A stretch of 64,000 bases of DNA. It comes from an uncultured Candidatus Saccharibacteria bacterium. Its GTDB lineage: Bacteria > Patescibacteriota > Saccharimonadia > Saccharimonadales > EFPC-124. The stretch is from the NCBI GenBank assembly GCA_965225085.1, contig CBDDBE010000001.1, positions 65,641 to 129,640 on the forward strand, read 5' to 3'. Both the position numbers and the translations under genes were made by a program. The notes beneath the pieces were generated by a model. That model was not told the origin of the DNA and did not search any database. It was given only the letters and a program-made list of their open reading frames with translations. Shown piece after piece: positions 63,422 through 64,000 of the stretch. How positions within the stretch are numbered: position 1 is the first letter of the stretch; every line of letters begins with the position of its first letter.

Positions 63422-64000
63422 ATGAGTAAAGTTACGTGTGGAATCTCGGTGTCGCTGGATGGATTTGCCGCGGGCCCAAACCAGAGTCTGGAAAACCCGA
63501 TGGGCGATATCCCCCAGGACCTCTTGCATCACTGGATGTTTGACGAAGACGACGAGCAGACCGCTAAGATGCGCGATTATTTGGTTGACGCCGATGCATT
63601 CATCATGGGCAGTAACATGTTTATGCCGAAGGACAAGCAGGGCGACCCAGAATGGAAGGGCTGGTGGGGCGACAATCCTCCATACCATGCTCCGGTCTTT
63701 GTACTTTGCAAGGAGCCGCGAGAGTCGATTCCAATGGAGGGTGGTACCACATTCCACTTTGTGACTGATGGAATTGAATCGGCTTTTAAGCAAGCCGGGG
63801 AGGCAGCAGGGGGAGGCACGATTGCCATTGCCGGAGGCGCCAACACGGTTAACCAGTACCTTGCTGCCGGCCTTATTGACGAGCTCTGGTTGCACATTGC
63901 GCCCGTTACGATTGGTAGCGGTGCGCGCCTGTTTGAGGGTGTACCGAATCTCAGGCTTGAACCGGTGGAGACCAGTGGTACGCGACTTGCGACTCATATT
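63422..64000 (+). CDS. Dihydrofolate reductase-family protein (RibD C-terminal domain), 3' end cut by window edge
   Basis: Not in the ORF track. My translation is MSKVTCGISVSLDGFAAGPNQ...DAFIMGSNMF...IAIAGGANTVNQYLAAGLIDELWLHIAPVTIGSGARLFEG. Confidence 0.75.
   Translation, partial: MSKVTCGISVSLDGFAAGPNQSLENPMGDIPQDLLHHWMFDEDDEQTAKMRDYLVDADAFIMGSNMFMPKDKQGDPEWKGWWGDNPPYHAPVFVLCKEPRESIPMEGGTTFHFVTDGIESAFKQAGEAAGGGTIAIAGGANTVNQYLAAGLIDELWLHIAPVTIGSGARLFEGVPNLRLEPVETSGTRLATHI

Noticed and set aside
63341-63997. 218-aa minus-strand ORF at the right edge
   Set aside because: The plus strand encodes a clean DHFR-family (RibD_C) protein from ATG 63422. That ORF is missing from the track only because it runs off the window.

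Overview
The window is gene-dense: about 75 protein genes and one tRNA-Glu. I recognised no rRNA, CRISPR array, transposase or integrase.

Core genes:
- rsmA and pcrA
- lower glycolysis (tpiA, pgk, pyk)
- phosphoketolase plus acetate kinase
- folD, rdgB and tatA/tatC
- peptidoglycan enzymes: a DUF348/G5 hydrolase, an L,D-transpeptidase and an S11 carboxypeptidase
- a type IV pilus locus (pilB, pilC, pilA, two minor pilins, a large PilX-like protein, pilM/N/O)
- umuDC, a Crp-family regulator, a histidine kinase and a receiver-only response regulator

This gene mix (pili, Xfp/AckA, sortase-type surface proteins, few biosynthetic genes) fits a reduced-genome Gram-positive-type lineage such as Saccharibacteria/Patescibacteria. 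That placement is inference only.

The backbone is interrupted by short, visibly G+C-richer patches carrying orphan small ORFs. These patches show up in the ORF track as stacks of overlapping ORFs in many frames. There are also lower-GC cassettes: the HExxH protein, ridA-cyclase, and ArsR-SRPBCC-DHFR-like.

Observations I rate highest:
1. A 1311-aa membrane-anchored fibre protein built from 5/10-residue repeats with a 316-aa super-repeat.
2. A divergent locus that looks like an aminolipid (OlsB/OlsA/OlsG-like) pathway, embedded between a histidine kinase and a response regulator. It comprises a GNAT-like N-acyl synthase, a SAM methyltransferase and a PlsC-type acyltransferase.
3. Two copies of a ~105-nt two-hairpin element with compensatory substitutions, bracketing a frameshifted HExxH protein gene.
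4. A 14-nt copy of the tRNA-Glu 3' end lying 1.2 kb away (att-like scar).
5. Two hairpin-dense non-coding regions I could not assign to any RNA family: about 380 nt at 46.3-46.7 kb, and the 300-nt xfp-ackA spacer.
6. tatAC next to a tiny Gly-rich peptide with an SRQQFLK (RR to RQ) Tat-like signal.

All functional calls come from reading motifs in the supplied translations. No database search was possible.
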